The position numbers and the translations under genes were made by a program. The notes beneath the pieces are model-generated. The model was not told the DNA's origin. It worked only from the letters and a program-made list of their open reading frames with translations, and made no database searches. From Alphaproteobacteria bacterium (GTDB lineage Bacteria > Pseudomonadota > Alphaproteobacteria > SHVV01): a DNA stretch of 64,000 nt. The stretch lies in contig OZ253470.1 of NCBI GenBank assembly GCA_965261735.1, positions 2,816,001 to 2,880,000 on the forward strand, in the 5' to 3' direction. This document shows positions 21,153 through 33,712 of this stretch, piece after piece. Numbering within the stretch: the stretch's first letter is position 1; every line of letters begins with the position of its first letter.

Positions 21153-21968
21153 GGGCGGTGATCCATACGGCGGCGCGCGATGTCGGCGCGCGCCCATCCT
21201 AGTGGATTGATCGGAACGAAAGAGTCCGATTTGAGATTCCGTATTGTGCGGTGTCATGCGAGTCTGTGCTATGCGCACCGGCATCCATTTTACTGTCACG
21301 TCTGGCGACCGTCAGCGATTGCAAGCTATCGTCGCGGACCCGAAGAGCTCGCAGAAACATGTCTGGCGGGCGCGGATCATCCTGAAGAGCGACGAGGGGC
21401 TCGGGAACTCGTCGATCATGGCCGAGACCGGCAAGTCCAAGACCTGTGTCTGGCGCTGGCAGGAGCGGTTCATGCACGAGGGTGTCAACGGCTTGCTTCG
21501 CGACAGGTCCCGTCCGCCTGGCAAAGCGCCGATCCCGCCGGAGCGCGTCGCCGAGATCGTCCGCCTGACCCAGCAAGCGCCGCCGCACGAGGCGACCCAC
21601 TGGACGCTGCGCGCGATGGCGAAGGTTGCTGGCGTCGCGGCGTCGACGGTCCAAGCGATCTGGAAGGCCCATGGCCTCAGCCCGCACCGCTGGCGGCACT
21701 TCAAGCTCTCCAATGATCCCGCCTTCGCCGAGAAGCTCACAGATATCGTCGGCTTGTATGTCGATCCGCCGGCCCATGCCGTGGTGCTGTCGGTTGATGA
21801 GAAATCACAGATCCAGGCGCTCGACCGCACCCAACCCGGCTTGCCGATGAAGAAGGGCCGCGCCGGTACGATGACCTATGATTACAAAGGGAATTATATA
21901 TTTAATTATACCAAACCCTTGTAATTGCCCGTGGTACAACTATGTTATAGATAGTAGGAGGCCGGACC

Positions 21969-22871
21969 ATGAAAGATCATATGAGCATCCCAGAGTTCTA
22001 TAAACGGTTCCCAACCGAGGAAGCCTGCGCCACGTTCATTGAAGTGGAGCGCTGGGGCGGCGAACCGTGGTGCCCGCGATGCGGTGTTACCAAGACCTAC
22101 AGGATCAAGGGCGGTATGGGCTTCAAGTGTTCCGGGTGCCGCAAGCCGTTCAGTGTTCGCACTGGAACTGTTATGGAGTCTTCCAGGGCGAAGCTGCAAA
22201 CATGGCTGTTGGCGATTTACATGATGACCACCGCCCGTAAGGGCATCTCAAGCATTCAGTTCGCCAAGGAGCTGGGCGTGACGCAAAAGACGGCATGGTT
22301 CTTGGCGAATCGAATCCGCGAGGCATGTGCCAAGGGCGAGGGCTTGCTGACCGGCGAAGTGGAAATCGATGAGGTCTATATCGGTGGTAAGGAGAAGAAT
22401 AAGCACGCTAACAAGAAGCTTCGGGCCGGTCGCGGTGCCGTTGGGAAGCAGCCGGTGATCGGCATGAAAGAGCGCTCCGGCTCCGTCCGCGCTATACCGG
22501 TCGCTAGCAACGATCAGGCAACCCTTCACCCCATCATCCGAGATAACGTGGAAGCGGGGTCGACGATCTACACCGATGAGCACAAGGCATACGAGGGATT
22601 GCCCGAATACAACCGCGAAGCCGTTCGCCACAGCGCAGGCGAGTATGTGAATGGCTCCGCCTCAACCAATGGTATCGAGTCTTTCTGGGCCTTGCTCAAA
22701 CGCGGCTACTACGGGACGCACCATTGGTGGAGCGTGAAGCACCTTCATCGTTACGTCGCCGAGTATCAGCACCGACAGAATACTATCGGCTTGTCGGGCG
22801 AGCGCGCTATTGGTAGGTTGGTTCGAGGCGGAGAGGGAAAGAGGCTGACATACGCCGCCCTTGTTGCCTAG
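21969..22871 (+). CDS. IS1595-family transposase
   Basis: Zn ribbon CPRC...CSGC, KGISSIQFAKELGVTQKTAW, EVEIDEVYIGG, YTDE and TNGIESFW motifs. Confidence 0.95.
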   Translation: MKDHMSIPEFYKRFPTEEACATFIEVERWGGEPWCPRCGVTKTYRIKGGMGFKCSGCRKPFSVRTGTVMESSRAKLQTWLLAIYMMTTARKGISSIQFAKELGVTQKTAWFLANRIREACAKGEGLLTGEVEIDEVYIGGKEKNKHANKKLRAGRGAVGKQPVIGMKERSGSVRAIPVASNDQATLHPIIRDNVEAGSTIYTDEHKAYEGLPEYNREAVRHSAGEYVNGSASTNGIESFWALLKRGYYGTHHWWSVKHLHRYVAEYQHRQNTIGLSGERAIGRLVRGGEGKRLTYAALVA

Positions 22872-22884
22872 ATGGGGAGGCCGC

Positions 22885-23166
22885 ATGCCGAAAACCAAAG
22901 AGATAGAGCCGCTAAATGTTAGCTTCAATCAAGGGGTTAGGGCAGTCGTGCAGACTAAGATGCCTAGACAGCCTGAGGAGACCGATGATTCCGTAGTAGC
23001 TGGGCAGGAGTCCCGCATTGCAGCGTTCGAGAAGGAGAATCCTGATTTCGTTAAGGAACTCGACCTATTGGGGTTTGAGATAGACGAATATGAAACGGTG
23101 CTCGCCAACTCTGACCCGCAGGTAATCTTGTCCACAAATACTACGCTTCCTCATGACGTGGAATGA
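22885..23166 (+). CDS. Small acidic hypothetical passenger protein
   Basis: Strong RBS GGGGAGG before ATG 22885; 93 aa; its stop overlaps the protease start. Confidence 0.7.
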   Translation: MPKTKEIEPLNVSFNQGVRAVVQTKMPRQPEETDDSVVAGQESRIAAFEKENPDFVKELDLLGFEIDEYETVLANSDPQVILSTNTTLPHDVE

Positions 23167-24172
23167 CGTCCGAAAAGAAATCGATGCAACAAGTCCTATA
23201 GGAGAATCTAGCCAGTTCGACTTAGTAAGACGCCAAAAGGTCGCTGATGTTGAGAATATCAGTGGCATCCCTCTGGTAATCTACGCTACCGATTTCACAG
23301 ACGAAAGCAGAGCCGCGCAGTACGGGGCGGGGCTTCAGATAGATCTGGGTGACAAGACGGGGTTTTCACAAGCGTCGTCGGATATTCTGGACGGCCCCCT
23401 TGATGTGTTGATTCAGAGCCCTGGAGGGTCACCCACCGCCGCGGAATCAATCGTAAAGTTCCTCCGATCACGGTTTGATCCCATACGCTTTATCGTACCC
23501 CATACCGCGAAAAGTGCAGCGACAATGCTGGCATTGTCAGGCGATGAAATTGTGCTGGGGGAGGTCGGCGAACTGGGTCCGATTGATCCGCAGCTTCGGA
23601 TGTTGAACGATCAGCGCGTGGTAACAGTGCCTGCTGGTGCGGCCATCGATCAGTTCAATGCATTACACCAGGCGGTTATTAAAAATCAGACTGCGATGCG
23701 GGGATTGTTGCCCCTCATTCGCCAATATGGCCCTTCATTTTTGCAAGAATGCCATAACGCGGTCGCCCTTTCTGAAGAACTCGTAGCGGAGTGGCTCCAA
23801 TGCTACATGTTTAAGGGAGAGGAAGATGCGGAACCCCGCGCTAAACGGATAGCGAAGTGGCTAGCTCAGCATGGTAATTTTAAATCTCACTCAAGGCCTG
23901 TCTGGATAGACCAGATTAAGCAATTTGATTCTGGAATAAAGGTGCGCTCACTCCGGGAAATAGGTGAAAAATTCGAAACAGCTATTATGAATGTGTACTG
24001 GGCGATTGATTTAACCTTTGGCGGAACAACCGCCTTTAAAATCATAGAACATACAAGTAGCTCCGCCGCCTATATTCGCCTTACTCCGCTGGTGCAAGGA
24101 CAGATGGAGATAGTACAAGGCCAGCCAAGCAACAGGCAGCAGCGGAGGAAACGAGACCGGAAGAATCGATAA
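23153..24172 (+). CDS. ClpP/crotonase-fold serine protease (SDH_sah-like) passenger
   Basis: IQSPGG, PHTAKSAATMLAL (catalytic Ser), LGPIDPQ and FKSHSRP (His) motifs. Confidence 0.85.
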   Translation: MTWNDVRKEIDATSPIGESSQFDLVRRQKVADVENISGIPLVIYATDFTDESRAAQYGAGLQIDLGDKTGFSQASSDILDGPLDVLIQSPGGSPTAAESIVKFLRSRFDPIRFIVPHTAKSAATMLALSGDEIVLGEVGELGPIDPQLRMLNDQRVVTVPAGAAIDQFNALHQAVIKNQTAMRGLLPLIRQYGPSFLQECHNAVALSEELVAEWLQCYMFKGEEDAEPRAKRIAKWLAQHGNFKSHSRPVWIDQIKQFDSGIKVRSLREIGEKFETAIMNVYWAIDLTFGGTTAFKIIEHTSSSAAYIRLTPLVQGQMEIVQGQPSNRQQRRKRDRKNR

Positions 24173-24782
24173 CTCCGCAATGTCTTAATAGAGACACTAC
24201 CAAACACTGGTACAACTAGGTATATAATTCCCATTACAAACGGCATGGCACGACGACGCTGTTCGCCGCGCTCAACGTGCTGGACGGTACGGTCATCGCA
24301 CAGAACATGCAGCGCCACCGCCATCAGGAGTTCATCCGCTTCCTCAACCGCATCGAGCGCGAGGTGCCGACGGACAAGGCCGTCCACGTCATCCTCGACA
24401 ACTACGCCGCGCACAAGAAGGACAAGGTCCGCGCCTGGCTCGCCCGCCATCCACGCTGGACCTTCCACTTCACGCCAACCTCGTGCTCGTGGCTCAATGC
24501 CGTCGAGGGCTTCTTCGCCAAACTAACGCGGCGCAGGCTCAAATACGGCGTCTTCCAATCCGTCGTCGACCTTCAGGCCGCCATCAACCGATTTGTCCGC
24601 GAATACAATGACGCAAACCCAAAACCCTTCATCTGGAAAGCCGACCCCGATCATATCATCGCCGCACGAAACAGAGGGTTCCAAACGTTGGAATCAATCC
24701 ACTAGCGCCATCAGCGCCGCCGCTCCACGCGCTTGTCGGATCACCCATTCGACACGGCGTGCGCCTTGGGCTAGACCGAGGC

Positions 24783-26078
24783 ATGCGACCCCGGTACGAC
24801 GCGCGCGCCATCGCCCTCGATCTCTTGAACTCGGTGCTGCGTCGCCGCCGACCGCTCGACGAGGCATGGGTCGCGGCACTGGCGCGCGGCCCACTCGCCA
24901 GCCTGGAGGCGCGCGATCGCGCGTTCGCCCGGCTGCTCGTCGCGACCACGCTGCGCCGGCTGGGCGAGATCGACGCCGCGCTCGATCGTTGCCTCGAACG
25001 GCCGCTGCCGGCGCGCGCCCGGCGGCTCCACGACGTGCTGCGGCTCGGGGCCGTACAGCTCCTTTTCCTCGGTACCAAGGCGCATGCCGCGGTCGACTCG
25101 GCGGTGCGGCTCGCCCCCAACGATGCCCGCGCCAAGGGGCTCGTCAATGCGCTGTTGCGCCGGCTCGCCCGCGAGGGTCCGGCGGCGGGTGCCGAGGATG
25201 CCGCGCGCAATACGCCCGAGTGGCTGTGGCGCTCGTGGTCCGCGCACTATGGCGAGGCGACGGCGGCCGCCATCGCTGCCGCCCATCTCGCCGAGCCGCC
25301 GCTCGACATCACGCTGAAGGCGCAGGATGCCGAATCGCGCCAGGCATGGGCGGCGCGGCTCGAGGCCCGCGTACTGCCGACGGGAACGCTGCGCCGCGCC
25401 ACGGTGGCCGTCGACGCGTTGGCCGGCTTCGCCGGGGGCGCGTGGTGGGTGCAGGACGCGGCCGCGGCGCTGCCGGCACGCCTGCTCGGCGATGTTGCCG
25501 GGCGCGCCGTCATCGACCTGTGCGCGGCGCCGGGCGGCAAGACCGCGCAGCTCGCCGCCGCCGGCGCCCGCGTCGTCGCGCTCGATCGCTCACCCAAGCG
25601 GCTCGCGCTGCTGCGCGCCAACCTCGCCCGCCTCGGCCTCGAAGCCGAGTGTGTCCTCGCCGATGCGCGCGCTTGGCGTCCCGGGGCGCCGGCCGACGCC
25701 GTGCTCCTCGATGCGCCCTGCAGCGCCACGGGAACGCTGCGCCGGCATCCCGATATCGCCCATCTGCGCTCGCCCGCCGACGTCGCCAGCCTCGCCGAGG
25801 CCCAAGCCGGCCTGCTGGAGTCCGCGGCCGCAATGGTGGCGCCGGGCGGGACCCTCATCTACGCGGCCTGTTCGCTCGAGCCTGAGGAGGGGGTGCGGCA
25901 CATCGAGGCCGTGCTCGCCGCCGGCAGCCTCGCCCGCGCGCCGATCGCGGCGCGCGAGATCGACGGGCAAACCGCGCTGCTCAGCGCCGAGGGCGACCTG
26001 CGCACACTGCCGCACCAGTGGCCCGAATGGGGCGGCCTCGACGGTTTCTTTGCCGCCCGGCTGAGGAAGGCTGGCTGA
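24783..26078 (+). CDS. rsmB: RsmB/NOL1/NOP2/Sun family RNA m5C methyltransferase with NusB-like N-domain
   Basis: WVQDAAA, DLCAAPGGKTAQ, LDAPCSATGTLRRHPD and GLDGFF motifs. Confidence 0.88.
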   Translation: MRPRYDARAIALDLLNSVLRRRRPLDEAWVAALARGPLASLEARDRAFARLLVATTLRRLGEIDAALDRCLERPLPARARRLHDVLRLGAVQLLFLGTKAHAAVDSAVRLAPNDARAKGLVNALLRRLAREGPAAGAEDAARNTPEWLWRSWSAHYGEATAAAIAAAHLAEPPLDITLKAQDAESRQAWAARLEARVLPTGTLRRATVAVDALAGFAGGAWWVQDAAAALPARLLGDVAGRAVIDLCAAPGGKTAQLAAAGARVVALDRSPKRLALLRANLARLGLEAECVLADARAWRPGAPADAVLLDAPCSATGTLRRHPDIAHLRSPADVASLAEAQAGLLESAAAMVAPGGTLIYAACSLEPEEGVRHIEAVLAAGSLARAPIAAREIDGQTALLSAEGDLRTLPHQWPEWGGLDGFFAARLRKAG

Positions 26079-26148
26079 CGGCGACAAAGGCGAGCCAGCC
26101 ACCCGCGGGCGCCTTGCCGGTGCCCGGTGAAGCTGGTAGGAGAGCGCC

Positions 26149-26820
26149 ATGCAGCAGCCGGTCCGTATCGCCCCTTCGGTGTTGGCGGCGGACTTTGCGC
26201 GGCTCGGCGAGGAGGTCGCGGCGCTCGAGGCTGCCGGCGCCGACTACATCCACGTCGACGTGATGGACGGCCACTTCGTACCCAACATCACCGTCGGGCC
26301 AGCGGTCGTCGAGGCGCTGAAGCCGCATAGCGGGCTACCCTTCGACGTCCACCTCATGATCGCGCCGGTCGATCCGTTCATCGCCGCCTTCGCCGCCGCG
26401 GGTGCCGATATCCTGACCGTCCATGTCGAGGCCGGGCCGCACCTCCACCGCACCCTGCAGCTCATCAAATCGCACGGCATCAAGGCCGGGGTGTCCCTCA
26501 ACCCCGCGACCCCGGCGAGCGCCGTCGCCGGCGTCCTCGGCGAGGTCGATCTCGTCCTGGTGATGAGCGTCAACCCGGGCTTCGGCGGCCAGAGTTTCCT
26601 CGCCAGCCAGCTCGACAAGCTGCGCGCGCTGCGGCGCCAGATCGATGCGACCGGGCGCACCATCGACCTCGAGGTCGACGGTGGAATCACCGAAAGCTCG
26701 GCCCGCGAGGCGATCGCGGCAGGCGCCGACGTACTCGTCGCGGGCACCGCCGTGCTCGCCGGCGGCGCCGCAGCCTACGCCGCCAACATCCGCGGCCTGC
26801 GCGGCCCCGAGGCGGCATAG
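26149..26820 (+). CDS. rpe: Ribulose-phosphate 3-epimerase
   Basis: [32 protein letters not shown] and VDGG motifs. Confidence 0.97.
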   Translation: MQQPVRIAPSVLAADFARLGEEVAALEAAGADYIHVDVMDGHFVPNITVGPAVVEALKPHSGLPFDVHLMIAPVDPFIAAFAAAGADILTVHVEAGPHLHRTLQLIKSHGIKAGVSLNPATPASAVAGVLGEVDLVLVMSVNPGFGGQSFLASQLDKLRALRRQIDATGRTIDLEVDGGITESSAREAIAAGADVLVAGTAVLAGGAAAYAANIRGLRGPEAA

Positions 26821-26837
26821 GTCCGCGGGCGCCCCTC

Positions 26838-28474
26838 GTGCTGTACACCCTCGCCGAACGCACCCTGGCGGCCCCCCTCGCGGCGCTCGCCCTGACGCAC
26901 GTGGTCCCCGAGGCGCCGCTCGCCATCCCGCACGATCCTTGGCCCGAGGACGAGGAGAACGCGAACGACCTCTTTCACGGCCTCTACGCGGCCGCTGGTC
27001 AGGAGGTGCGCATGCAGGGCGCGCCGCCGTGGGCGCTCGCGCGCCCGTCCCCGGGCTGGGCGGCCGAGATGAGCGGGTTCGCGTGGCTCCGCGATTTTCG
27101 TAGCGGCGGCATCGCGTCGGTTCGCTGCGCGCGCGACCTCGTCGCGAGCTGGATCGCGGCGCCCGCGCCGTGGCGGCCCCTTAGCTGGCGGGCCGATATC
27201 GTGGGCCGCAGGCTCATGTCCTGGTGCTGCGCGGCCGACCTGCTGCTCGAGGGGGCCGACAACCAGTTTCGCACGGCGTTCCTCGCGAGCCTGGCGCGCC
27301 AGGCTCGGCATCTCGCCCGATCGGTGCGTAGCGCGCCGCGCGGCGCGCCGCGCATGGCCGCCGTGGGCGGCCTCCTGTGCGCAGCCGCGGCCCTCGGTCA
27401 CGCGCGCTGGCGGACGAAGGCCCTGCGCCTTCTCGAGCGCGAACTAGCGATCCAGGTCCTTGCCGACGGCGGCCACGTCGAGCGCAACCCCGAGCGCCAC
27501 GTCGCGGTGCTGCACGACCTGACGATCATGCACAGCGCCGTGGCGGCCGCCGGGACCCATGTTCCGGTGCTCGCGGCCGCCATCGAGCGCATGGCACCGA
27601 TGGCGCGCTTCTTTCGCCTTGGCGACCACCGCATGGCGCAGTTCAACGGCGGGCGTGCGGGCGATAGCCGGCGCCTGCACGCCACCCTTGCCGCCGCCGC
27701 GAGTCGGGCGCCGACGCCAACCTCGGCGCCCGACACCGGTTTTGAGCGCATGAGCGCGCGCGGCACGGTCGTGCTCGCCGACGTCGGCGCGATGCCGCCG
27801 GGGCGCCTGCGCAACAGTGCGCACGCCGGCGCCTTGAGCTTCGAGATGAGCGTCGGTGCGCGGCGCCTGATCGTCAACTGTGGCGCTACCGGCGCCGCCG
27901 GCGGCACCGACCCGGCGTGGCGCGAGGCCTGCCGTGCAACCGCGGCGCACTCGACGCTGACGATCGACGACACCAACTCGGCCGACATCGCGCCCGGTCG
28001 CGGCTCGGTGCTGTGGCGGCGGCGCATCGCCCGCGTCGACAGCCGGCGCGCGGGCGCCTCAGTACTCGAGGCTGGTCACGACGGCTACGGCGCGCCGTTC
28101 GGCCTCAGGCACCACCGAAGGCTCACGCTCGACGCGGGCGGCGAGGCGGTGCGCGGTGAGGATCGGGCGAGCGTGAGCGATCCGGCCCGCGCCGGTGAGC
28201 AGGAGCGCCATCTGGCGCTGCGCTTTCATCTCCATCCCGACGTGCGCGCTTCGCTTATCGGCACCGGCGCCCTGCTCCTGCGCCTCGGCGACGGCTCGGG
28301 GTGGGTGTTCGATGCGGACGGCGCCGAGCCCCGGCTCGAGGACAGCGTCTATCTCGGCGACGGCGCCATGCGGCGGTGCCAACAGATCGTGCTCGCCGCC
28401 ACCTGGCCGGCGACCGAGACGATCTCGTGGTCGTTAAGCCGACTCGCGCAACCGGTGCGGCCCATGCCCGGGCG

Positions 28475-28478
<4 letters not shown>
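26838..28478 (+). CDS. Heparinase II/III family protein
   Basis: DGGHVERNP, HAGALSFEMS, IVNCG, ATAAHSTL and LRFHLHP motifs; conserved position after rpe. Confidence 0.85.
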
Positions 28479-29743
<1,265 letters not shown>

Positions 29744-29943
29744 GGCGCGACACGGCTGCGCGATTGGGGGGGGACGGGCTGTGGTAGCGGGGCCACGCGC
29801 CCTTGTCAATCGACGCCACCGCGCGCAATGGCCTTGACCGGCCGCCCCGGGCCAGGGACTCTAGCGGCACACCCCGTATGACCGGTTCCCGCACATTCTT
29901 CCTTCGCGGCCGATCCGCCGCCGCGGCCGGGACCGCACCCTGA

Positions 29944-31872
29944 ATGTGCGGCCTCGCCGGCACGCTCGACCTCGCGCGCCAGACGGCCGAGGACGATCTG
30001 CGGGCGAGGGTGGCGCGTATGGCCGCGACTCTGGTACACCGCGGTCCCGATTCGGAAGGCACGTGGGTCGATGCGGCGGCCGGTATCGCGTTCGGCCATC
30101 GCCGCCTCGCGATCATCGATCTCTCGCCCACCGGTCATCAGCCGATGGTCTCGGCCGATGGCCGCTTCGTCATCGCCTACAACGGCGAGACCTACAACTT
30201 CCGCGAACTACGGCGCGAGCTCGAGGCGCGCGGCACCACCTTCCGCGGCCACTCCGACACCGAGGTCGCGCTCGAGGCGATCGCAGCCTGGGGTATCGAG
30301 GACGGGCTGAGCCGCCTCAACGGCATGTTCGCCTTCGCCTTATGGGACCGCACGGAGCGCCGCCTCCACCTCGTGCGCGATCGCCTCGGCATCAAGCCGC
30401 TCTACTACGGCCGCCAGGGCGATTCCTTCCTGTTCGCCTCCGAGCTGCGCGCGCTCAGGGCCCACCCGGCCTTCGCAGCGGAGATCGACCGCGACGCCCT
30501 CGCCCTCTATATGCGCCACAACGTCGTTCCCGCGCCCCGGTCGATCTTCCGCGGCATCCACAAGCTCGCGCCCGGCACGCTGCTCACGCTCGATGCGGAG
30601 GGGCAGGGCGCCCCCCGACCCTATTGGTCGCTGCGCGAGGTTGCCGAGCGGGGCCGCGAGGGGGGCCAGCGGGGCGATACAAAGGAGGTGGCCGAGGAGC
30701 TCGATGAGCTGCTGCGCGATGCGGTCAAGCGGCGCATGATCGCCGACGTACCGCTCGGCGTGTTCCTCTCGTGCGGCACCGATTCGAGCCTCGTTGCCGC
30801 GCTCATGCAGGCCCAGAGCCGCGTCCCGATCAAGACCTTCACCATCGGCCACCCGGCGGCCGACTTCGACGAGGCCAAGGACGCCAAGAGGGTGGCACAC
30901 CATCTCGGGACCGATCACCACGAACTCTATGTCGGCGCCGACGATGCGCTGGCGGTGGTGGCGCGCCTGCCCGCGTACTACGACGAGCCCTTCGCCGACT
31001 CGTCGCAGATCCCGACCTTTCTGGTGAGCCAAATGGCGCGCCGCAAGGTCATCGTGGCGTTGTCGGGCGATGGCGGCGACGAAATGTTCGGCGGCTATGA
31101 GCGCCACCTGTGGTGCGAGCGCATCGCCCGCCACACGGGCGGCTGGCCGGGCTGGCTCAAGCGTTCGGCGGCGTCCGGGCTGCGGGCCCTGTCGCCCGAC
31201 GGCTGGGACCGTCTGGCGGCGCGCCTGCCGGCCGCGTGGCGCCGCCGCAGCACCGGCGACAAGCTGCACAAGTTGGCCGGCGTCATCGATGCGCACGATG
31301 CGGCGGAAATCTATCGCGGCCTCGTGAGCCACTGGCGCGACGACGGTATCGTGATCGGCGGCCACCCCGAGCGCGGACCCGTGAGCGACCGTCCCGCGTG
31401 GCCGGACCTTCCCGACTTCACGCGCCAGATCATGTATCTCGACGCCGTCACCTATTTGCCTGACGACATCCTGACCAAGGTCGACCGGGCGTCGATGGCG
31501 GTCAGCCTCGAGGCGCGCGTGCCGCTCCTCGACCACCGGGTCGTGGAGTTCGCCTGGCGCCAGCCGCTCGGCCACATGATATCGGGCGGCCGCGGCAAGC
31601 ACATCCTGCGCGAGGTGCTCTATCGCTACGTGCCGCGGGCACTGATCGAGCGCGAGAAGATGGGCTTCGCCGTGCCCCTGCATGAGTGGCTGCGCGGCCC
31701 GCTGCGCGACTGGTCGGAGGCGCTGCTCGACGAGGCGCGGCTCGCGCGCGAGGGTTTTTTCGCTCCTGCGCCGGTGCGCGCGGTATGGCGCGAGCACCTG
31801 TCGGGGCGCCGCAACCGCCACCACGAGCTGTGGGACGTGCTCATGTTCCAAGCTTGGCACGAAGCGCTGTGA
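29944..31872 (+). CDS. asnB: Asparagine synthase (glutamine-hydrolysing)-like amidotransferase, probably a polysaccharide amidotransferase
   Basis: N-terminal [36 protein letters not shown] and KVDRASM motifs. PP-loop reads SCGTDSS. Confidence 0.9.
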   Translation: MCGLAGTLDLARQTAEDDLRARVARMAATLVHRGPDSEGTWVDAAAGIAFGHRRLAIIDLSPTGHQPMVSADGRFVIAYNGETYNFRELRRELEARGTTFRGHSDTEVALEAIAAWGIEDGLSRLNGMFAFALWDRTERRLHLVRDRLGIKPLYYGRQGDSFLFASELRALRAHPAFAAEIDRDALALYMRHNVVPAPRSIFRGIHKLAPGTLLTLDAEGQGAPRPYWSLREVAERGREGGQRGDTKEVAEELDELLRDAVKRRMIADVPLGVFLSCGTDSSLVAALMQAQSRVPIKTFTIGHPAADFDEAKDAKRVAHHLGTDHHELYVGADDALAVVARLPAYYDEPFADSSQIPTFLVSQMARRKVIVALSGDGGDEMFGGYERHLWCERIARHTGGWPGWLKRSAASGLRALSPDGWDRLAARLPAAWRRRSTGDKLHKLAGVIDAHDAAEIYRGLVSHWRDDGIVIGGHPERGPVSDRPAWPDLPDFTRQIMYLDAVTYLPDDILTKVDRASMAVSLEARVPLLDHRVVEFAWRQPLGHMISGGRGKHILREVLYRYVPRALIEREKMGFAVPLHEWLRGPLRDWSEALLDEARLAREGFFAPAPVRAVWREHLSGRRNRHHELWDVLMFQAWHEAL

Positions 31873-31936
31873 GCGCGCCGGGCGATATGCTCGTGCCGGG
31901 CGTTATGCTATAGGCGCTGTTCTCGGGGGAGTGGCC

Positions 31937-33520
31937 ATGGCCAGCGACGATCGGGCGATCGCCCGAGCCCTTGTTTCGGTGTCCGATAAGACCGGCCTCG
32001 TTGAGCTAGGGCGCGAACTAGCGGCCCGCGGCGTCGAGATTCTGTCGACCGGCGGCTCGGCCAAGGCGCTTGCCGAGGCCGGCATCGAGGCCCGCGAGGT
32101 CGCCGACTACACGGGCTTTCCCGAGATGATGGACGGCCGCGTCAAGACCCTGCACCCGAAGGTGCACGGCGGCATCCTGGCCTTGCGCGACTCCGAGGCG
32201 CACGGCGCGGCCATGGCACGCCACGACATCGGCGCCATCGATCTGGTGGTGGTCAACCTCTACCCGTTCGAGGACACGGTCGCGCGCGGGGCCGGGTTCG
32301 CCGAGTGCGTCGAGAACATCGACATCGGCGGGCCGGCGATGATCCGCTCGGCGGCCAAGAACCACGCCTTCGTCACGGTGGTCGTGGAACCCGCCGACTA
32401 CGACGAGGTAATCGCCGAGATGGCGGCGCACGAGGGCGCCGTGAGCGAGGCACTGCGCCGGCGCTTGGCGGCCAAGGCCTTCGCGCGCACTGCCGCCTAC
32501 GACGCCGCGATCGCGGCGTGGTTCGCGCGCGAACAGGGCGAGGCCTTCCCGGAGCGGCTGGTCGTCGCCGCGCGCCGCCGAGAGGTCCTGCGCTACGGCG
32601 AGAACCCGCACCAGCAGGCCGCGTTCTACGTGAGTGGCGCCGCTGCCTCGGGGGTGGCGACCGCGCATCAGCATCAGGGCAAGGCGCTGAGCTACAACAA
32701 CCTCAATGACACCGACGCCGCCTACGAGCTCGTGGCCGAGTTCGACCGTCCGGCGGTCGCCATCATCAAGCACGCCAATCCGTGCGGCGTCGCCGAGGGC
32801 GAGAGCCTCGTCGAGGCCTACCGCAAGGCGCTGGCCTGCGATCCGGTCAGCGCTTTCGGCGGTATCGTCGCCCTCAACCGGACGCTCGACGAGGCGACGG
32901 CGGGCGAAATCGTCAAACTCTTCACCGAGGTCGTCATCGCGCCCGACCTCGATACGGCGGCCGAAAAGGTGCTCCAGGCCAAGAAGAACCTGCGGCTGCT
33001 GACGGCGGGCGGCCTCGCCGATCCGGGCGCGCCAGGCTTCCTGCTACGGGCGGTCGGCGGCGGCTACCTGGTGCAGAGCCGCGACGCGGGCCGCACGACG
33101 GCGGCCGATCTCAAGGTGGTGAGCAAGCGCGCGCCGACGCCGCGCGAGCATACCGACCTGGTGTTCGCCTTCACCGTCGCCAAGCACGTCAAGTCCAACG
33201 CCATCGTCTACGCGCGCGACGGCGCCACGGTGGGCATCGGCGCGGGCCAGATGAGCCGCGTCGACTCGGCCCGGATCGCCGCCCAAAAGGCGCGCGATAC
33301 CGCGACCGCGGCCGGCCTCGAAGAGCCCGCGACGAAGGGCTCGGCGGCGGCGTCCGACGCCTTCTTCCCGTTCGCCGACGGCCTGGTGGCGACGGCCGAG
33401 GCCGGCGCCACGGCGGTCATTCAGCCGGGCGGCTCGATGCGCGACGACGAGGTCATCGCCGCGGCCGACGAGGCCGGCCTCGCGATGGTGTTCACCGGCA
33501 TGCGCCACTTCCGGCACTAG
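31937..33520 (+). CDS. purH: Bifunctional AICAR transformylase/IMP cyclohydrolase
   Basis: [34 protein letters not shown] and MRHFRH motifs. Confidence 0.97.
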   Translation: MASDDRAIARALVSVSDKTGLVELGRELAARGVEILSTGGSAKALAEAGIEAREVADYTGFPEMMDGRVKTLHPKVHGGILALRDSEAHGAAMARHDIGAIDLVVVNLYPFEDTVARGAGFAECVENIDIGGPAMIRSAAKNHAFVTVVVEPADYDEVIAEMAAHEGAVSEALRRRLAAKAFARTAAYDAAIAAWFAREQGEAFPERLVVAARRREVLRYGENPHQQAAFYVSGAAASGVATAHQHQGKALSYNNLNDTDAAYELVAEFDRPAVAIIKHANPCGVAEGESLVEAYRKALACDPVSAFGGIVALNRTLDEATAGEIVKLFTEVVIAPDLDTAAEKVLQAKKNLRLLTAGGLADPGAPGFLLRAVGGGYLVQSRDAGRTTAADLKVVSKRAPTPREHTDLVFAFTVAKHVKSNAIVYARDGATVGIGAGQMSRVDSARIAAQKARDTATAAGLEEPATKGSAAASDAFFPFADGLVATAEAGATAVIQPGGSMRDDEVIAAADEAGLAMVFTGMRHFRH

Positions 33521-33534
33521 TCGAGGAGGAGGAC

Positions 33535-33702
33535 ATGATCGTCACGACGACACCCAGCGTCGAAGGAAAGAAGATCGCCGAATACCTCGGTCTGGTTACC
33601 GGTGAAGCGATCATGGGCGCCAATCTGGATTATGAGACCGTCGGCAGCAAGGGCAGCATGTTGATGGTGACCGCGACGGGCACGGCAGTAAGAACGTCGT
33701 AG
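33535..33702 (+). pseudogene. ybjQ: YbjQ/UPF0145 family protein with an internal in-frame deletion
   Basis: Strong [33 protein letters not shown] is joined directly to [22 protein letters not shown]; 55 aa against about 105 aa for the family. Confidence 0.82.
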
Positions 33703-33712
33703 GTCGGCGCGC

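Larger units (their letters stand above)
21889..24232 (+). mobile_element. IS1595-family transposon with passenger genes (ends resemble the ISNwi1 group)
   Basis: 25-bp imperfect terminal IRs starting GGGAATTATATA (21/25 identical), 8-bp direct repeat ATTACAAA at 21881-21888 and 24233-24240, and visibly lower GC than the host. Confidence 0.93.
21199..24705 (+). mobile_element. IS630-family insertion sequence, interrupted by a nested IS1595-family element
   Basis: Inverted ends CTAGTGGATTGAT (21199) and ATCAATCCACTAG (24705), with a TA target inside CTAG; two transposase halves. Confidence 0.92.
21271..24705 (+). pseudogene. IS630 transposase split into 21271-21888 and 24241-24705
   Basis: N-half ends VDEKSQIQAL...MTYDYK and C-half resumes [11 protein letters not shown]...ILDNYAAHK...[10 protein letters not shown]. 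Joining them gives an in-frame 360-aa protein. Confidence 0.92.
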
